Virus record (IMG/VR): IMGVR_UViG_3300028559_000029 | Coordinates: 6,744-70,743 of that record | Source of the DNA: a virus | Reading direction: 5' to 3' (one strand) | Length of the DNA: 64,000 bases | Shown: piece by piece, positions 35,513 through 45,178 of the stretch | How positions within the stretch are numbered: position 1 is the first letter of the stretch | Layout of the letters: the number at the start of each line of letters is the position of its first letter | The notes under the pieces: model-generated | Told to the model about the DNA's origin: nothing | Databases searched by the model: none | The model's input: only the letters and a program-made list of their open reading frames with translations | Position numbers and translations under genes: made by a program

Positions 35513-37193
35513 GTTCTTCCCACCATTTACTGAAAATATCTATTTTAGTGCAGATTACATCTGTTGTGTATGATTCTTTATCAAAATAATGTACAATTTT
35601 GGTTATTAACCATTGTCCTAAAAATTTATCGTCAAATGGATTTTTATCTGCCGTGGAAGAATCACGATCAACGAATAAAAACTTACCCGGAGTCCTAATC
35701 GTAAGCCCCGTTGCTTTAAAGTAAAGTGCTTGATTTAACATTAAAAAATCTTTTAACATTGAAATCATACTCATATCCGTAGGGAAAAATGTTCTTTGGA
35801 TAAAACAATTAGATGTCATCAATCCACTACTTTTGGTTTTGTTAAAATTAAACAATAATTGTGCTTCATTGTTCTTGTTTTGTTGACTAAAGCTATGCAA
35901 TCCTTCCTTTGCGATATTTTTCATATTTTCCAACACATCTTTAGCAGTATTATTTGTATAAAATACATTAAATTGATTTTGAGAAAAATTATAATTATGA
36001 ACTGGTTTATTTGTAAGGTTCAAATCATCAATAGGAACCATAGAAACAAATTTATAATTATTTATCATTGAAGCTATTCCAGATTGAAAATTTCTTATCA
36101 CAGAATCTTCATTTTGATTATACGGTGCTCTTGCAAAGTAAGGACTAGAATTCGTGATTTCTTGATTGTCATTTATAACAATTCTTTCTACTTGATTATT
36201 ATTAGCTTCTTGAATAATTTTTTTTAAAGAAATTAATTTAAATCTTTTACCACCTACTCTATCGTATCTATCCAAGTCTAAAAATGCTGGAGAATTGTCT
36301 TCTGATTTAAATAAACTATAAACATAATTTAAATCTTCTAATGCATTTCTATTGGCGGGAGAGGTATATAATACAGATCCTTCATAGTTGGGTTCTCCAG
36401 AAGAACATCCCGAATCCCAATTATCAAGATCAAAAATGTTTATAGATTGATCGGGATCGTCTATAAATTTTCCTCCTTTGGAACTACCCACTTTAATACC
36501 ATTTGAGCTAATTCCATCAGAACTATTGGATGCTGCTGTTTGTATTATAGATTTTATAGCATCACTCACTGGCATACTTCTTTCTGTATCCTTTGCTAGT
36601 ATATTCCCTTTATTAGGACCATACAATGCAGTAGACCATTCTATGTTTCGTTCCAATAATATTTGATATCTTTCATCCCAAAAATAAAATTTTCTTGTTT
36701 TTTTAGTAGCAGAATTAGTTTTTATATCTTCAATGTCATAAACAACAAAATTATAAGCCATTTCCCACTGTTCTGGGGGTAATTGTGAATTTGAAGAAGA
36801 ATTGTTTGCTGTTGTTATTGGATATATCTTAATGTTTATTTTATTTCTTCCATCTGTTCTAAATAAAAACGGAGCATCTATTTTTTCTTGATTTTTTGCA
36901 GGAATAGAGCCTCTTTCTATCATTTCATAATCAGTAGACAATGTTATCCAACCTTTTGTATTCCAATCATCCAAATTTTCTTCTATTGCAAGACCATCAA
37001 CAAAGAAAAATGGAACTGCAAATGGTTTAAAATTTTTTATTTGATTATACATCCAAAGTTCAATATAAAATAATTGACCTCCAATTTGATGTACAAATCT
37101 ATTGTCCAAGTTGGATCCACCAGCAGTATCGTTAGAATTTAATGCTGGATTGCTTACTTCTGCATTTGTAGATGGAACTTGAGTTACTGGCAT
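35496..37193 (-). CDS. Baseplate hub protein (gp27-like)
   Basis: C-terminal GLTIRTPGKFL..GQWLITKIVHYF..YTTDVICTK, typical of hub proteins. Confidence 0.6.
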   Translation of the reverse strand: MPVTQVPSTNAEVSNPALNSNDTAGGSNLDNRFVHQIGGQLFYIELWMYNQIKNFKPFAVPFFFVDGLAIEENLDDWNTKGWITLSTDYEMIERGSIPAKNQEKIDAPFLFRTDGRNKINIKIYPITTANNSSSNSQLPPEQWEMAYNFVVYDIEDIKTNSATKKTRKFYFWDERYQILLERNIEWSTALYGPNKGNILAKDTERSMPVSDAIKSIIQTAASNSSDGISSNGIKVGSSKGGKFIDDPDQSINIFDLDNWDSGCSSGEPNYEGSVLYTSPANRNALEDLNYVYSLFKSEDNSPAFLDLDRYDRVGGKRFKLISLKKIIQEANNNQVERIVINDNQEITNSSPYFARAPYNQNEDSVIRNFQSGIASMINNYKFVSMVPIDDLNLTNKPVHNYNFSQNQFNVFYTNNTAKDVLENMKNIAKEGLHSFSQQNKNNEAQLLFNFNKTKSSGLMTSNCFIQRTFFPTDMSMISMLKDFLMLNQALYFKATGLTIRTPGKFLFVDRDSSTADKNPFDDKFLGQWLITKIVHYFDKESYTTDVICTKIDIFSKWWEELDDKY

Positions 37194-37196
37194 AAA

Positions 37197-37796
37197 TTAA
37201 CAATTAGAACTATTAATATCCTTTAATAAAGAAATATTTAATTGATTAAAAACGAAGGTTGCAGTACAAATAATTTCATTTGCAGTTTGAAAAGAATATT
37301 CAATAGGACTTAAACTAGTTATAAATGCTTGTGTATATTTAAATTCTATTATTTTATTGTTAAATTCATCTAAACCAAATAAACTAAACGTAGTTGTAAA
37401 ATCTGACATGGGATTTGTTAATCGAATATCGTCAATTTCCATTATTATTGGTTCTGTTAAAGTAGTGGAACTATTTTCACTATTATTAAATAGATTTAAC
37501 CATTTCCAAAGTATCCAATAGTTCTGATATCCATTATCAATTAAAAATTTCAAAGTTAGAGAATCATATGAAGGACGAGATATGCTAGATGCATTATAAA
37601 CCTGTCCTCCGAAAGGAACTTTAATTTCATTAACCTTTATACTTGGCACCGGAGATCCAAATGTAGTAAATTGAACCTGATCTGCATTGTAATTTGATTC
37701 TATTACAAGATCTTGTTTTCTTTTTAATGCTATTGGCAAATCCATAACAAGTTTGAATTTGTCATTCCTAGATCTATTTAAAATTGATTGATTCAT
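37197..37796 (-). CDS. Tail completion / tube-fold protein (gp3-like)
   Basis: VQFT..VPSI, YDSLTLKFLIDNGYQNYWILWKWL, FKYTQAFITSLSPIEY, CTATFVF. Confidence 0.65.
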   Translation of the reverse strand: MNQSILNRSRNDKFKLVMDLPIALKRKQDLVIESNYNADQVQFTTFGSPVPSIKVNEIKVPFGGQVYNASSISRPSYDSLTLKFLIDNGYQNYWILWKWLNLFNNSENSSTTLTEPIIMEIDDIRLTNPMSDFTTTFSLFGLDEFNNKIIEFKYTQAFITSLSPIEYSFQTANEIICTATFVFNQLNISLLKDINSSNC

Positions 37797-37797
37797 A

Positions 37798-39654
37798 TTA
37801 AAAAACTATAGTCGGATGATAGGTGTCCATAGAAGACTTATCCATTTCATCAGCCTTTAAAGGCAACATACGATCTGGACCATCACTTTCCAATAACCAT
37901 GTAGTAAGAGCCGCCCTATCATCTGAATATAAATCAAATCCAGAGGCTGTATCCATGTCACCAACATATGAAAATGGAGTATTTACGAAAGGTTTTCTAA
38001 CAATTGTTTGTCCTCCTCCTATTAATAAAGGACTATTTTTAATAATCTCCTTATTATCTGAAATTGGAAAAATTTTCATCGGCCTACCTTGATCGTCTAT
38101 GTCTAAAATATTAAAATATTTTCCAACCAATGAAGGATCAAGAATAAATAATGCCCAAATAAGTCCAAACACTCTATCATCTAAATATTTATCAGATTTT
38201 TTTGAATATGTAAAATTTGGAAGTCTAATGAAATTGTCTATTTCTAATAATGTTTCAATATCATTTAATTTCACTGCCTTTAAACTATTAACCCAATATC
38301 TAAAATTTGTTATTCCTTTATATCTGGTATTTGTATGATTGTGTATACCAAATCTATTAGCATTGTTATAATGCTTACTAAATCCCTCAAAATGATAGGA
38401 AACAACATTTTCATAGTTGTGAGTTTGGCACAAAACATCTAAAATTTGTTGACCATTGTTATTATTTTCAACAAGAATCGGAGGTCTTCCCCAATCCTGT
38501 AAAATTCCCATCAAACGAGTTCCAAAATGAAATGGATTTATATTATTTGAAGAAAAAAGAGCTACTTGTTGAATATCCTGTAAATTTGATACGTCTAATA
38601 TCTGTGCAACTGAATTTGATCTTCCAATTCCTTCTCCAACGTCAACTCCTATGACATAGAAACTTTCCGGATTGGGCAATTTAAATACTTGATAGGCTCC
38701 ATCTTCCAAAGATAATATAGGTTCTGAACAACTAGCCTTTAATTCGGCTAGATATTCTTCATCGATAACGCCCTTTCCAGGTTCGTGGAATTTATTGGCA
38801 TATTCTTGATCAAAATCATCTTTAGATCCCATGAGAGCCAGTGTTTTTCTTTTCCACTCTTCATCTCGATCTGGAACATCCCACCAATTAACAATTTCTA
38901 AGTGCCATTCACTGTTTTCTTCTTGTGCGCTTTTATAAAGTTCATAAAATTTATTATCAGTTCCATTTGGAGTACTAATAACAACAATTTGCGACCTTTT
39001 CATCGATGAAATAATTGGAATAGCAGACTTCCACAATTCTTTCATCAAATCATTAGGACAATGAGCCATCTCATCAATAATCAAAAGATTACTTGTAGTT
39101 CCGCGAGGTCCAGATGATGATGTTGTACTAACAGTTATTGCTGAATCGTTTCCAAGATTAAAACCATCTTTTCTCCAAGATTTTATAGGAGGTTTTAAGT
39201 ATATAGGAAGTTGTTCATATGCCATTTTAATTCTAGCAAATATTTCCTTAGCAGTTGCTTCTTTATTTGCTACAATTGTTATTCGCTTATCAGATTGAAA
39301 ACATACTAACCATAATGCATAAATAGTTATTGTTGTAGTTTTTCCGCTTTGTCTTGAGCTAAGAATAACATTAAATCTATTTGATTTAAATGCCTTCAGT
39401 AGAGTTTTTTGATACTTATAAAGTTCTATTTTCCTTTTACCATCTTCGGTTATTATGTAAAAATGACTTTCTGCAAAATGCAAAATACTTTTGACGCAAA
39501 GCCTAAGCTCTGCTTTCATGTCATCCGTCCATTTAAACAATGCATCCTTACGAAGGATGTTTTCGTTTCCTTGATAGAACTTTCCGTCTACAAGAATATC
39601 ATCTATATCTAAATCATCTAATGAATTTTCTTCTACTTTCTTTTTTCTGGGCAT
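37798..39654 (-). CDS. gp17: Terminase large subunit
   Basis: LYKYQ, SRQSGKTT, ANKE..A.EI, LIIDEMAH, ISTPNG..NKFY, FDQEY, GVDVGEG, VENN, DDRV. Confidence 0.95.
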   Translation of the reverse strand: MPRKKKVEENSLDDLDIDDILVDGKFYQGNENILRKDALFKWTDDMKAELRLCVKSILHFAESHFYIITEDGKRKIELYKYQKTLLKAFKSNRFNVILSSRQSGKTTTITIYALWLVCFQSDKRITIVANKEATAKEIFARIKMAYEQLPIYLKPPIKSWRKDGFNLGNDSAITVSTTSSSGPRGTTSNLLIIDEMAHCPNDLMKELWKSAIPIISSMKRSQIVVISTPNGTDNKFYELYKSAQEENSEWHLEIVNWWDVPDRDEEWKRKTLALMGSKDDFDQEYANKFHEPGKGVIDEEYLAELKASCSEPILSLEDGAYQVFKLPNPESFYVIGVDVGEGIGRSNSVAQILDVSNLQDIQQVALFSSNNINPFHFGTRLMGILQDWGRPPILVENNNNGQQILDVLCQTHNYENVVSYHFEGFSKHYNNANRFGIHNHTNTRYKGITNFRYWVNSLKAVKLNDIETLLEIDNFIRLPNFTYSKKSDKYLDDRVFGLIWALFILDPSLVGKYFNILDIDDQGRPMKIFPISDNKEIIKNSPLLIGGGQTIVRKPFVNTPFSYVGDMDTASGFDLYSDDRAALTTWLLESDGPDRMLPLKADEMDKSSMDTYHPTIVF

Positions 39655-39660
39655 TAGGAA

Positions 39661-39666
39661 TACTTA
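39661..39666 (-). promoter_or_regulatory. Putative late promoter TAAGTA, 6 nt upstream of the terminase ATG
   Basis: Minus strand taTAAGTAttcctaATG; same spacing at four other late genes. Confidence 0.6.
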
Positions 39667-39684
39667 TAAAAATATATAAAAATG

Positions 39685-40041
39685 CTATCTATTGATTTGA
39701 CTATTCAATTCTGAAATAATAGAAGAAACATACTTTGCTTTTAATATTTTCAATTCCGTTCCATTTTCTGGCATTTTTACTGGATTTTGAATTTGATTAT
39801 AAGAACATACCAACCACCACAAATCCATAGTATTATAATATTTATGTGATATTAAATGCCATGTATCATTATATGTAGTATAATAAGAATCTTCTACGTC
39901 TGAATTATTTGCTGGAAATAAATTAATAGCTCTTAATAAATTATAAAATTTAAAATCATTATTATCGTTATAGATATTAAAAAAATTTTCATATCTATAC
40001 ATTGAAATATTTGATAAATCTGTAAAGGAATTATGTTTCAT
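39685..40041 (-). CDS. gp53: Baseplate wedge protein (gp53-like, LysM-type)
   Basis: DTWHLISHKYYNTMDLWWLVCSYNQIQNP..GTELKI. Confidence 0.75.
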   Translation of the reverse strand: MKHNSFTDLSNISMYRYENFFNIYNDNNDFKFYNLLRAINLFPANNSDVEDSYYTTYNDTWHLISHKYYNTMDLWWLVCSYNQIQNPVKMPENGTELKILKAKYVSSIISELNSQINR

Positions 40042-40050
40042 GAGTTTTTA

Positions 40051-41046
40051 TTATTTTTTGCTAAAAGGGTTTAGATAATTAGTAGCATCAGCAGCAATAT
40101 TTCCAACCTCCTTAACTACATTACTTGCGGCATTAACAGTCGCAGTAGCTGCTTCTGGGGTTGTTAATGCTAAACTTTTAATAACACTAATTCTTTGATT
40201 AGGATTTGCTGCTCCTCTATATATATTAGTACTTTCTGGAATTAATGAAGTTAATGTTATAGTAACTTTATATGCTTCGGGAATTAATGAACTAGATCCA
40301 TTTCCTATATCTATTTCTCTAGTTGCTCCTATACTTTTTATCGAATAATTACTAACATAAGCAGCTGGCATAAAAACTCCTCCTCCTCCTTCACTTTCTA
40401 CTGTATATATTTTAGGAGGAATGTGAGTTAAATATGTAGTTCTTATTTTTAAATTTTGAAGAGCAAATAATTGTACAAACCAAAAATTATCTATTGTTTT
40501 TTTTATGTCTACTGTATTATATAAAGGAAATGAAATGCTAACGGATTTATTATTAGAAGATTCAAATGTTTGCGGAGTCTCATAACTAAATCCACTAGTA
40601 ATAAAACTTGCAATAGAATCACTTTTTCCTATAGCGGTTTTAATAAGACCTCCAAATACTGGCATTTTTTCAAGGTCTAATGGTTTCCAAGTGTTTACTA
40701 TGTCTCCATTCAAGGAATCTCCGGGTTTTATTAAATAAGGAAGTCTATAGTTAAATCCGGTTGCAATTCCTTCGTATAGCATACCATATGGATCGTCTTG
40801 TTTTTTTAAATCTGCTATATTTTTAAATAAATTTAGAATATTTTGCGTCCATTTTCCGTATGGTAATGTATATTCTTTTAAAGAAATTGCAGGAACCTCG
40901 GATATGGCATTTACTGTCATATTATTTTTCCATTGAAAATCCTTTATAATATCTATTGTTCCTTCCACTGGCGAGACGAGCGGCCATGAGAATTTAATGC
41001 CATTAAATTGTATAGGCTGATCAGTTATTTTAAAAAATCTGTTCAT
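40051..41046 (-). CDS. Baseplate / tail-tube initiator protein (gp48-like)
   Basis: SVSISFPLYNT, PPKIYTV, AYVSNYSIKSIG, IPEAYKVTITLTSL; lies between tape measure and gp53. Confidence 0.55.
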   Translation of the reverse strand: MNRFFKITDQPIQFNGIKFSWPLVSPVEGTIDIIKDFQWKNNMTVNAISEVPAISLKEYTLPYGKWTQNILNLFKNIADLKKQDDPYGMLYEGIATGFNYRLPYLIKPGDSLNGDIVNTWKPLDLEKMPVFGGLIKTAIGKSDSIASFITSGFSYETPQTFESSNNKSVSISFPLYNTVDIKKTIDNFWFVQLFALQNLKIRTTYLTHIPPKIYTVESEGGGGVFMPAAYVSNYSIKSIGATREIDIGNGSSSLIPEAYKVTITLTSLIPESTNIYRGAANPNQRISVIKSLALTTPEAATATVNAASNVVKEVGNIAADATNYLNPFSKK

Positions 41047-41052
41047 ATTTTT

Positions 41053-43350
41053 TTAATTCCTAAAAGTGTTCGAGTAATTTCTTGCATTATATTTTTGTCT
41101 ATATTCACGCACTTCATCTCTTTCTCCAGAAACACTTCCCTTAGAATTGCCACCAGTTATAACAGTTGAACTTCCTTGATTATCAGATCCGTTTGATATT
41201 GCTCTTCTTAGTTCTTCTATGCTTTCGGGAGAAAGACTGGTTGTTTTTGGAGTTGGTGCTGGAATTGGCAGTGCTTCTCTCAAATCTATATTAGGAGGAG
41301 GAGTAACAGGTGTTGGAGTTCCTATGGGAATCCATTTTTTGGGTGTTTCTACCCCAGTTGGACGATTAGAATCCACTTCAACACCATCTACTGTGTAAAA
41401 TTGATCGTTTTCTCCACCCATTTCATTATTTTTACTATCATCCGCCATTGTAGATGCAGATCCATTTGAATCCACTTCAACACCATCTACTGCGTAAAAT
41501 TGATCGTTTTCTCCACCCATTTCATTATTTTTACTAGCATCCGCCATTGTAGATGCAGATCCATTTTTGTTAAAATTTTGATTGGTTAAAGCTTGTTCCG
41601 ATGCTTGTTGTTTTGATTCTTGATCTTGTTCGTCTAAAGAATCTAAATACATACTAAGAGGAATTTGTATAAATGCCATTTCCGGACCTAATAGATATAA
41701 AAGATTGCTAGAAGCAGAAGCCAATCGTAACCACATTCCTTTATAATCCCCGTCCATTCCTCTTTTAATAGCCATTCCCAATTCATAAAGACCACCAAAT
41801 AATGGAATTCTTTTTAAAAACGTTCCCAAAGCACCTCTTCCGAATAATGCTCCTATTTTAGTAAGATTTCCTAGTTTAGATGCTACGGCACTGCTTGCAG
41901 AACCAATACCTCTTAAGATCGTTCCCATTATGCTAGAAGATTGTGCAACCGCTTTAATAGCATTTGTTCCTCTTGTGGCAAGAGCAGCAACAGAACCTGC
42001 AAGAGCAGCACTTCTTGTAACTAATCCCTTGGGTAAAATATTTAAAATAGCAGAACCAGCAGATGATGCAACTTTAGAAACTCCCGAACCAATTGCAGCC
42101 CATCTAGGTGCTACTTTTTTTGTTATTTGGCTACCAACTGCTACCGCACGTTTACCTGCACGTTTTTTCATTAAAAAAGCACCCAACGAACCAACACCTA
42201 ATCCACCATATAAAAACAGGTTTTTATAAAAATCCATTCCTCCCGGTTTATCAACTCCCATTGCGGAAGAAGCAACGTCAATAGCATCACTGGCAACTTT
42301 GGTACCAGTTAATTTATCTATATATTTTCCAATAGATTCTCCGAAAAATCCCAAAGCCAATCCTGCACCGCCTATTGCCAATGAAAAGCTTGAAAGAGGA
42401 AGTATTAGCTTACGAAGTATAAACCTAGCAAACGTGCCAACAATCGCTAGCAATCCTACGGTTATTCCTAAACCCGCAAGTCCTGCCAATGCCATTCCTC
42501 CTCCACCAGAACCGCTTGGTTTATCAGAAATTTCTTTGAGTTTTTTATCGCTTTGATTTAAAGTTTCATCAATAGCTTGTAAAATTTTTTGTTGGTCTTT
42601 AGCATTTATTTTTAAAGAATTAAAAATTTCTGAAAGAGATTTTGGATCTAAAGTAACTTTAAGATTTCCATATGGATCTTTTTTATACAATTCTTTGCTA
42701 AATGGATCTATTTGTTGTTTTTTTTCGATAGATTTTTTATAAAAATCCATCATAACATCCAGAGATAATCCAGTTTTTTCAGCGATTGTAAATAGCTTTG
42801 ATTGATCTATAGTAAGCTTATCAGATTGATTGCTTATTAATTGATCAAATCTTTCTAATATTTTTTCTAATGCTGAATTAGAGGAATTATTATCAGATAC
42901 TTCATCTGATTTATTTATATTTTCTTGTCTTTGTACAAGATTATTTTGAATATTTTCCGGAAATCCTAACGGATTTGTTATTTTTCTTATAGTTTCTTCA
43001 TTGATTTTATCTAAACTATTTTTTATTTCATTCGAAACTTCTAAACTTTTAGATAAAATTTCTTTTCTTATAACATCTAGGGGAGTAGTATCAAGATTTT
43101 CAGACGAAATTCCTAATAATTTGCTTATTAATTCTTTATAATTTATTTTTTTTGCTTCATCTGCAAGTGATTCTTTTGCCTTATATGCAATATTTGCAGC
43201 TTCGGCGTGTGTATTTTGGAATGAATCTTGAATATTTTTTGATGTTGAGGATGCTCCTAATAAAAGCTCTAAAAATATTTTAGAGTCTATAGACCCAGCA
43301 ACAGAAATTCCTTGATTTTTTAGAAAATTTTCTAACTCTTCCATGCTCAT
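41053..43350 (-). CDS. Putative tape-measure protein
   Basis: 765 aa, helical, Gly/Ala-rich hydrophobic segments, LKRIPLFGGL; lies after the gp26-like genes in the tail operon. Confidence 0.6.
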   Translation of the reverse strand: MSMEELENFLKNQGISVAGSIDSKIFLELLLGASSTSKNIQDSFQNTHAEAANIAYKAKESLADEAKKINYKELISKLLGISSENLDTTPLDVIRKEILSKSLEVSNEIKNSLDKINEETIRKITNPLGFPENIQNNLVQRQENINKSDEVSDNNSSNSALEKILERFDQLISNQSDKLTIDQSKLFTIAEKTGLSLDVMMDFYKKSIEKKQQIDPFSKELYKKDPYGNLKVTLDPKSLSEIFNSLKINAKDQQKILQAIDETLNQSDKKLKEISDKPSGSGGGGMALAGLAGLGITVGLLAIVGTFARFILRKLILPLSSFSLAIGGAGLALGFFGESIGKYIDKLTGTKVASDAIDVASSAMGVDKPGGMDFYKNLFLYGGLGVGSLGAFLMKKRAGKRAVAVGSQITKKVAPRWAAIGSGVSKVASSAGSAILNILPKGLVTRSAALAGSVAALATRGTNAIKAVAQSSSIMGTILRGIGSASSAVASKLGNLTKIGALFGRGALGTFLKRIPLFGGLYELGMAIKRGMDGDYKGMWLRLASASSNLLYLLGPEMAFIQIPLSMYLDSLDEQDQESKQQASEQALTNQNFNKNGSASTMADASKNNEMGGENDQFYAVDGVEVDSNGSASTMADDSKNNEMGGENDQFYTVDGVEVDSNRPTGVETPKKWIPIGTPTPVTPPPNIDLREALPIPAPTPKTTSLSPESIEELRRAISNGSDNQGSSTVITGGNSKGSVSGERDEVREYRQKYNARNYSNTFRN
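41369..41566. repeat. 99-bp in-frame tandem duplication (2 copies, 2 mismatches)
   Basis: Units 41369-41467 and 41468-41566 encode NGSASTMAD(A/D)SKNNEMGGENDQFY(A/T)VDGVEVDS. Confidence 0.95.
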
Positions 43351-43356
43351 ATAGAA

Positions 43357-43362
43357 TACTTA
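43357..43362 (-). promoter_or_regulatory. Putative late promoter TAAGTA, 6 nt upstream of the tape-measure ATG
   Basis: Minus strand atTAAGTAttctatATG. Confidence 0.6.
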
Positions 43363-43384
43363 ATCTAAAATGAGCATTTCTATT

Positions 43385-44230
43385 TCAACTACCAACAAAT
43401 AACATACTATCAACTTCGATAATCTTGGAAACCTCTTCGTATTTTACGGTAGATAAATTGTTAATTTCACCTCTCCATTTAACAACTTTTTCTAAAATAT
43501 TTTGAACCAATGCGGCAGGAAGTTTTTCAACAAATTGAATTTTTTGTGGAATATGCATACTTTGATAATCAAAATCAGTTCCATTTAACTTTACATGTCT
43601 TATATATTTTGAAGTTTCGCCTAAAAATGCCCCTGTTATTATGTTTTTAATTTCTTCAACTTCATTGGATTTTTTTTCTTTTCCGTAGATATAAGAATCA
43701 AATTTATATTCTTCGCTAAATGTTGGAATATCTATCAATACTTCCAATTCTACAGAATTTTTAGAAAAATTTATAATTTCAGCCTGTGGATGTGTATATT
43801 CTTTGAAATTATTTAATACATCTGAGATATTCACATCACTTTCTATTTTCGGTTCTTCTTGAAATAATACTTTTATCTTATCAGATATTTGATATCGCAT
43901 AGAAAATGCTATAGAATGTTTGTCAATTGTTGTAAATTTTTCTACAATTTCTTTATCTTCTGAGCAATTAGAACATACTATCTCATAAAAATATTTTGAA
44001 AATGTAGATTTCAAAACCGTTGAGTCTATAGCAGATTCTATTAAAGTTTTTTGCTGTTTTGCTGTAATTTCTTGTATTTTAACGCTTCTTTTTAATGATG
44101 GAATCCAAACATCACTGGAAAAAGATTCTTTTGATATATTATTTAAAATGTTTAAAGCTTCATTGAAATTTATTTGCGTTGTGGTTTGTTCTGACATAAA
44201 ACTAATTACTTCATCACTCTCCAAATTCAT
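43385..44230 (-). CDS. gp26-like baseplate hub assembly protein
   Basis: VWIPSLKRSVKIQEITAKQQKTLI, FTTIDKHSIAFSMR, FVEKLP. Confidence 0.6.
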   Translation of the reverse strand: MNLESDEVISFMSEQTTTQINFNEALNILNNISKESFSSDVWIPSLKRSVKIQEITAKQQKTLIESAIDSTVLKSTFSKYFYEIVCSNCSEDKEIVEKFTTIDKHSIAFSMRYQISDKIKVLFQEEPKIESDVNISDVLNNFKEYTHPQAEIINFSKNSVELEVLIDIPTFSEEYKFDSYIYGKEKKSNEVEEIKNIITGAFLGETSKYIRHVKLNGTDFDYQSMHIPQKIQFVEKLPAALVQNILEKVVKWRGEINNLSTVKYEEVSKIIEVDSMLFVGS

Positions 44231-45170
44231 CCATTAAATCTTCTAAATTAGATGAATTTTCGTTATTATTTGAAGATTCGCTCTCCGATTCTTTTCTGTT
44301 TTTAATTTCTTCTTCAATAAAAGAACAAAAAACTCTTCTGTCTGAAATTGAAATATTGTCTACATATAAAGGATTTATGTTTTTAGATGCTAATGCATAA
44401 TATTCTTGATATATATTTTTTAAAGGTTCTGTAAAAAATAATCTTATGATATGTTGATATGATTTATTGTATAGATTGAATTTAAAATAATCCATTTTTT
44501 TAAGTCCAAAAAGATTTTTCTGTGCAATATTTTCAATACTATTAAATATAAAGGTTTGTATTTTTGTTTTTACTGAAATCGGCAAACTTTCGTATATTTC
44601 TAATTTTTGTTCATGATTAAATTCTTTTAAATCTATTTTATATTCTTTTGTTGAAATTGTTTTAATATATTCTTGTATAGTAGATAATATATGTATGTAT
44701 ATATTTTTTTCTTCATTTAAAAACAAATTTTCAGATTTTACAGAAGGCCAGTCCAGTGTTATAGTAAAATCCTTAACTTCCAAAATAGAATTTTTCATAC
44801 AATCGTTTGCCGCATCGAACAAAAGTTTCATAAAAATATTTAAATCTATAGAAATTTTTGAGTTTTTAGTAAACTCGTCTTCTGAATTTTTAAATACTAA
44901 TTCGATTATACTTCCTATGCTTAAAATTCTAAGTTTTGTTATGAATAAAATATATTCTATTATGTTTAATTCATAAAAATCTTTTTTATTTTCTATACAA
45001 TTTGAGACAATATCTTTTATTACTTTTGCATATTCAAGATATGTGTCTTCGTTTTCTGGTAGAAGAATATTAGCCTTAGACAGTATTAACTGTTCCTTAG
45101 AAGATATATCTCTATAAAAAATTCGAGTCCCTGAAAAGGGCATCTCAACTGAATATAAAAAATATTCCAT
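44214..45170 (-). CDS. gp26-like protein with gp51-like C-terminus
   Basis: VEMPFSGTRIFYRDISSKEQLIL, LNIIEYILFITKLRILSIG; C-term LKNIYQEYYAL..VDNISISDRRVFCSFIEEE. Confidence 0.6.
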   Translation of the reverse strand: MEYFLYSVEMPFSGTRIFYRDISSKEQLILSKANILLPENEDTYLEYAKVIKDIVSNCIENKKDFYELNIIEYILFITKLRILSIGSIIELVFKNSEDEFTKNSKISIDLNIFMKLLFDAANDCMKNSILEVKDFTITLDWPSVKSENLFLNEEKNIYIHILSTIQEYIKTISTKEYKIDLKEFNHEQKLEIYESLPISVKTKIQTFIFNSIENIAQKNLFGLKKMDYFKFNLYNKSYQHIIRLFFTEPLKNIYQEYYALASKNINPLYVDNISISDRRVFCSFIEEEIKNRKESESESSNNNENSSNLEDLMDEFGE

Positions 45171-45178
45171 TATATATT

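Noticed and set aside
41369-41566. Direct repeats as a possible CRISPR array or DGR template/variable pair
   Set aside because: Two adjacent in-frame 99-bp copies with no spacers; no reverse transcriptase or cas operon in the window
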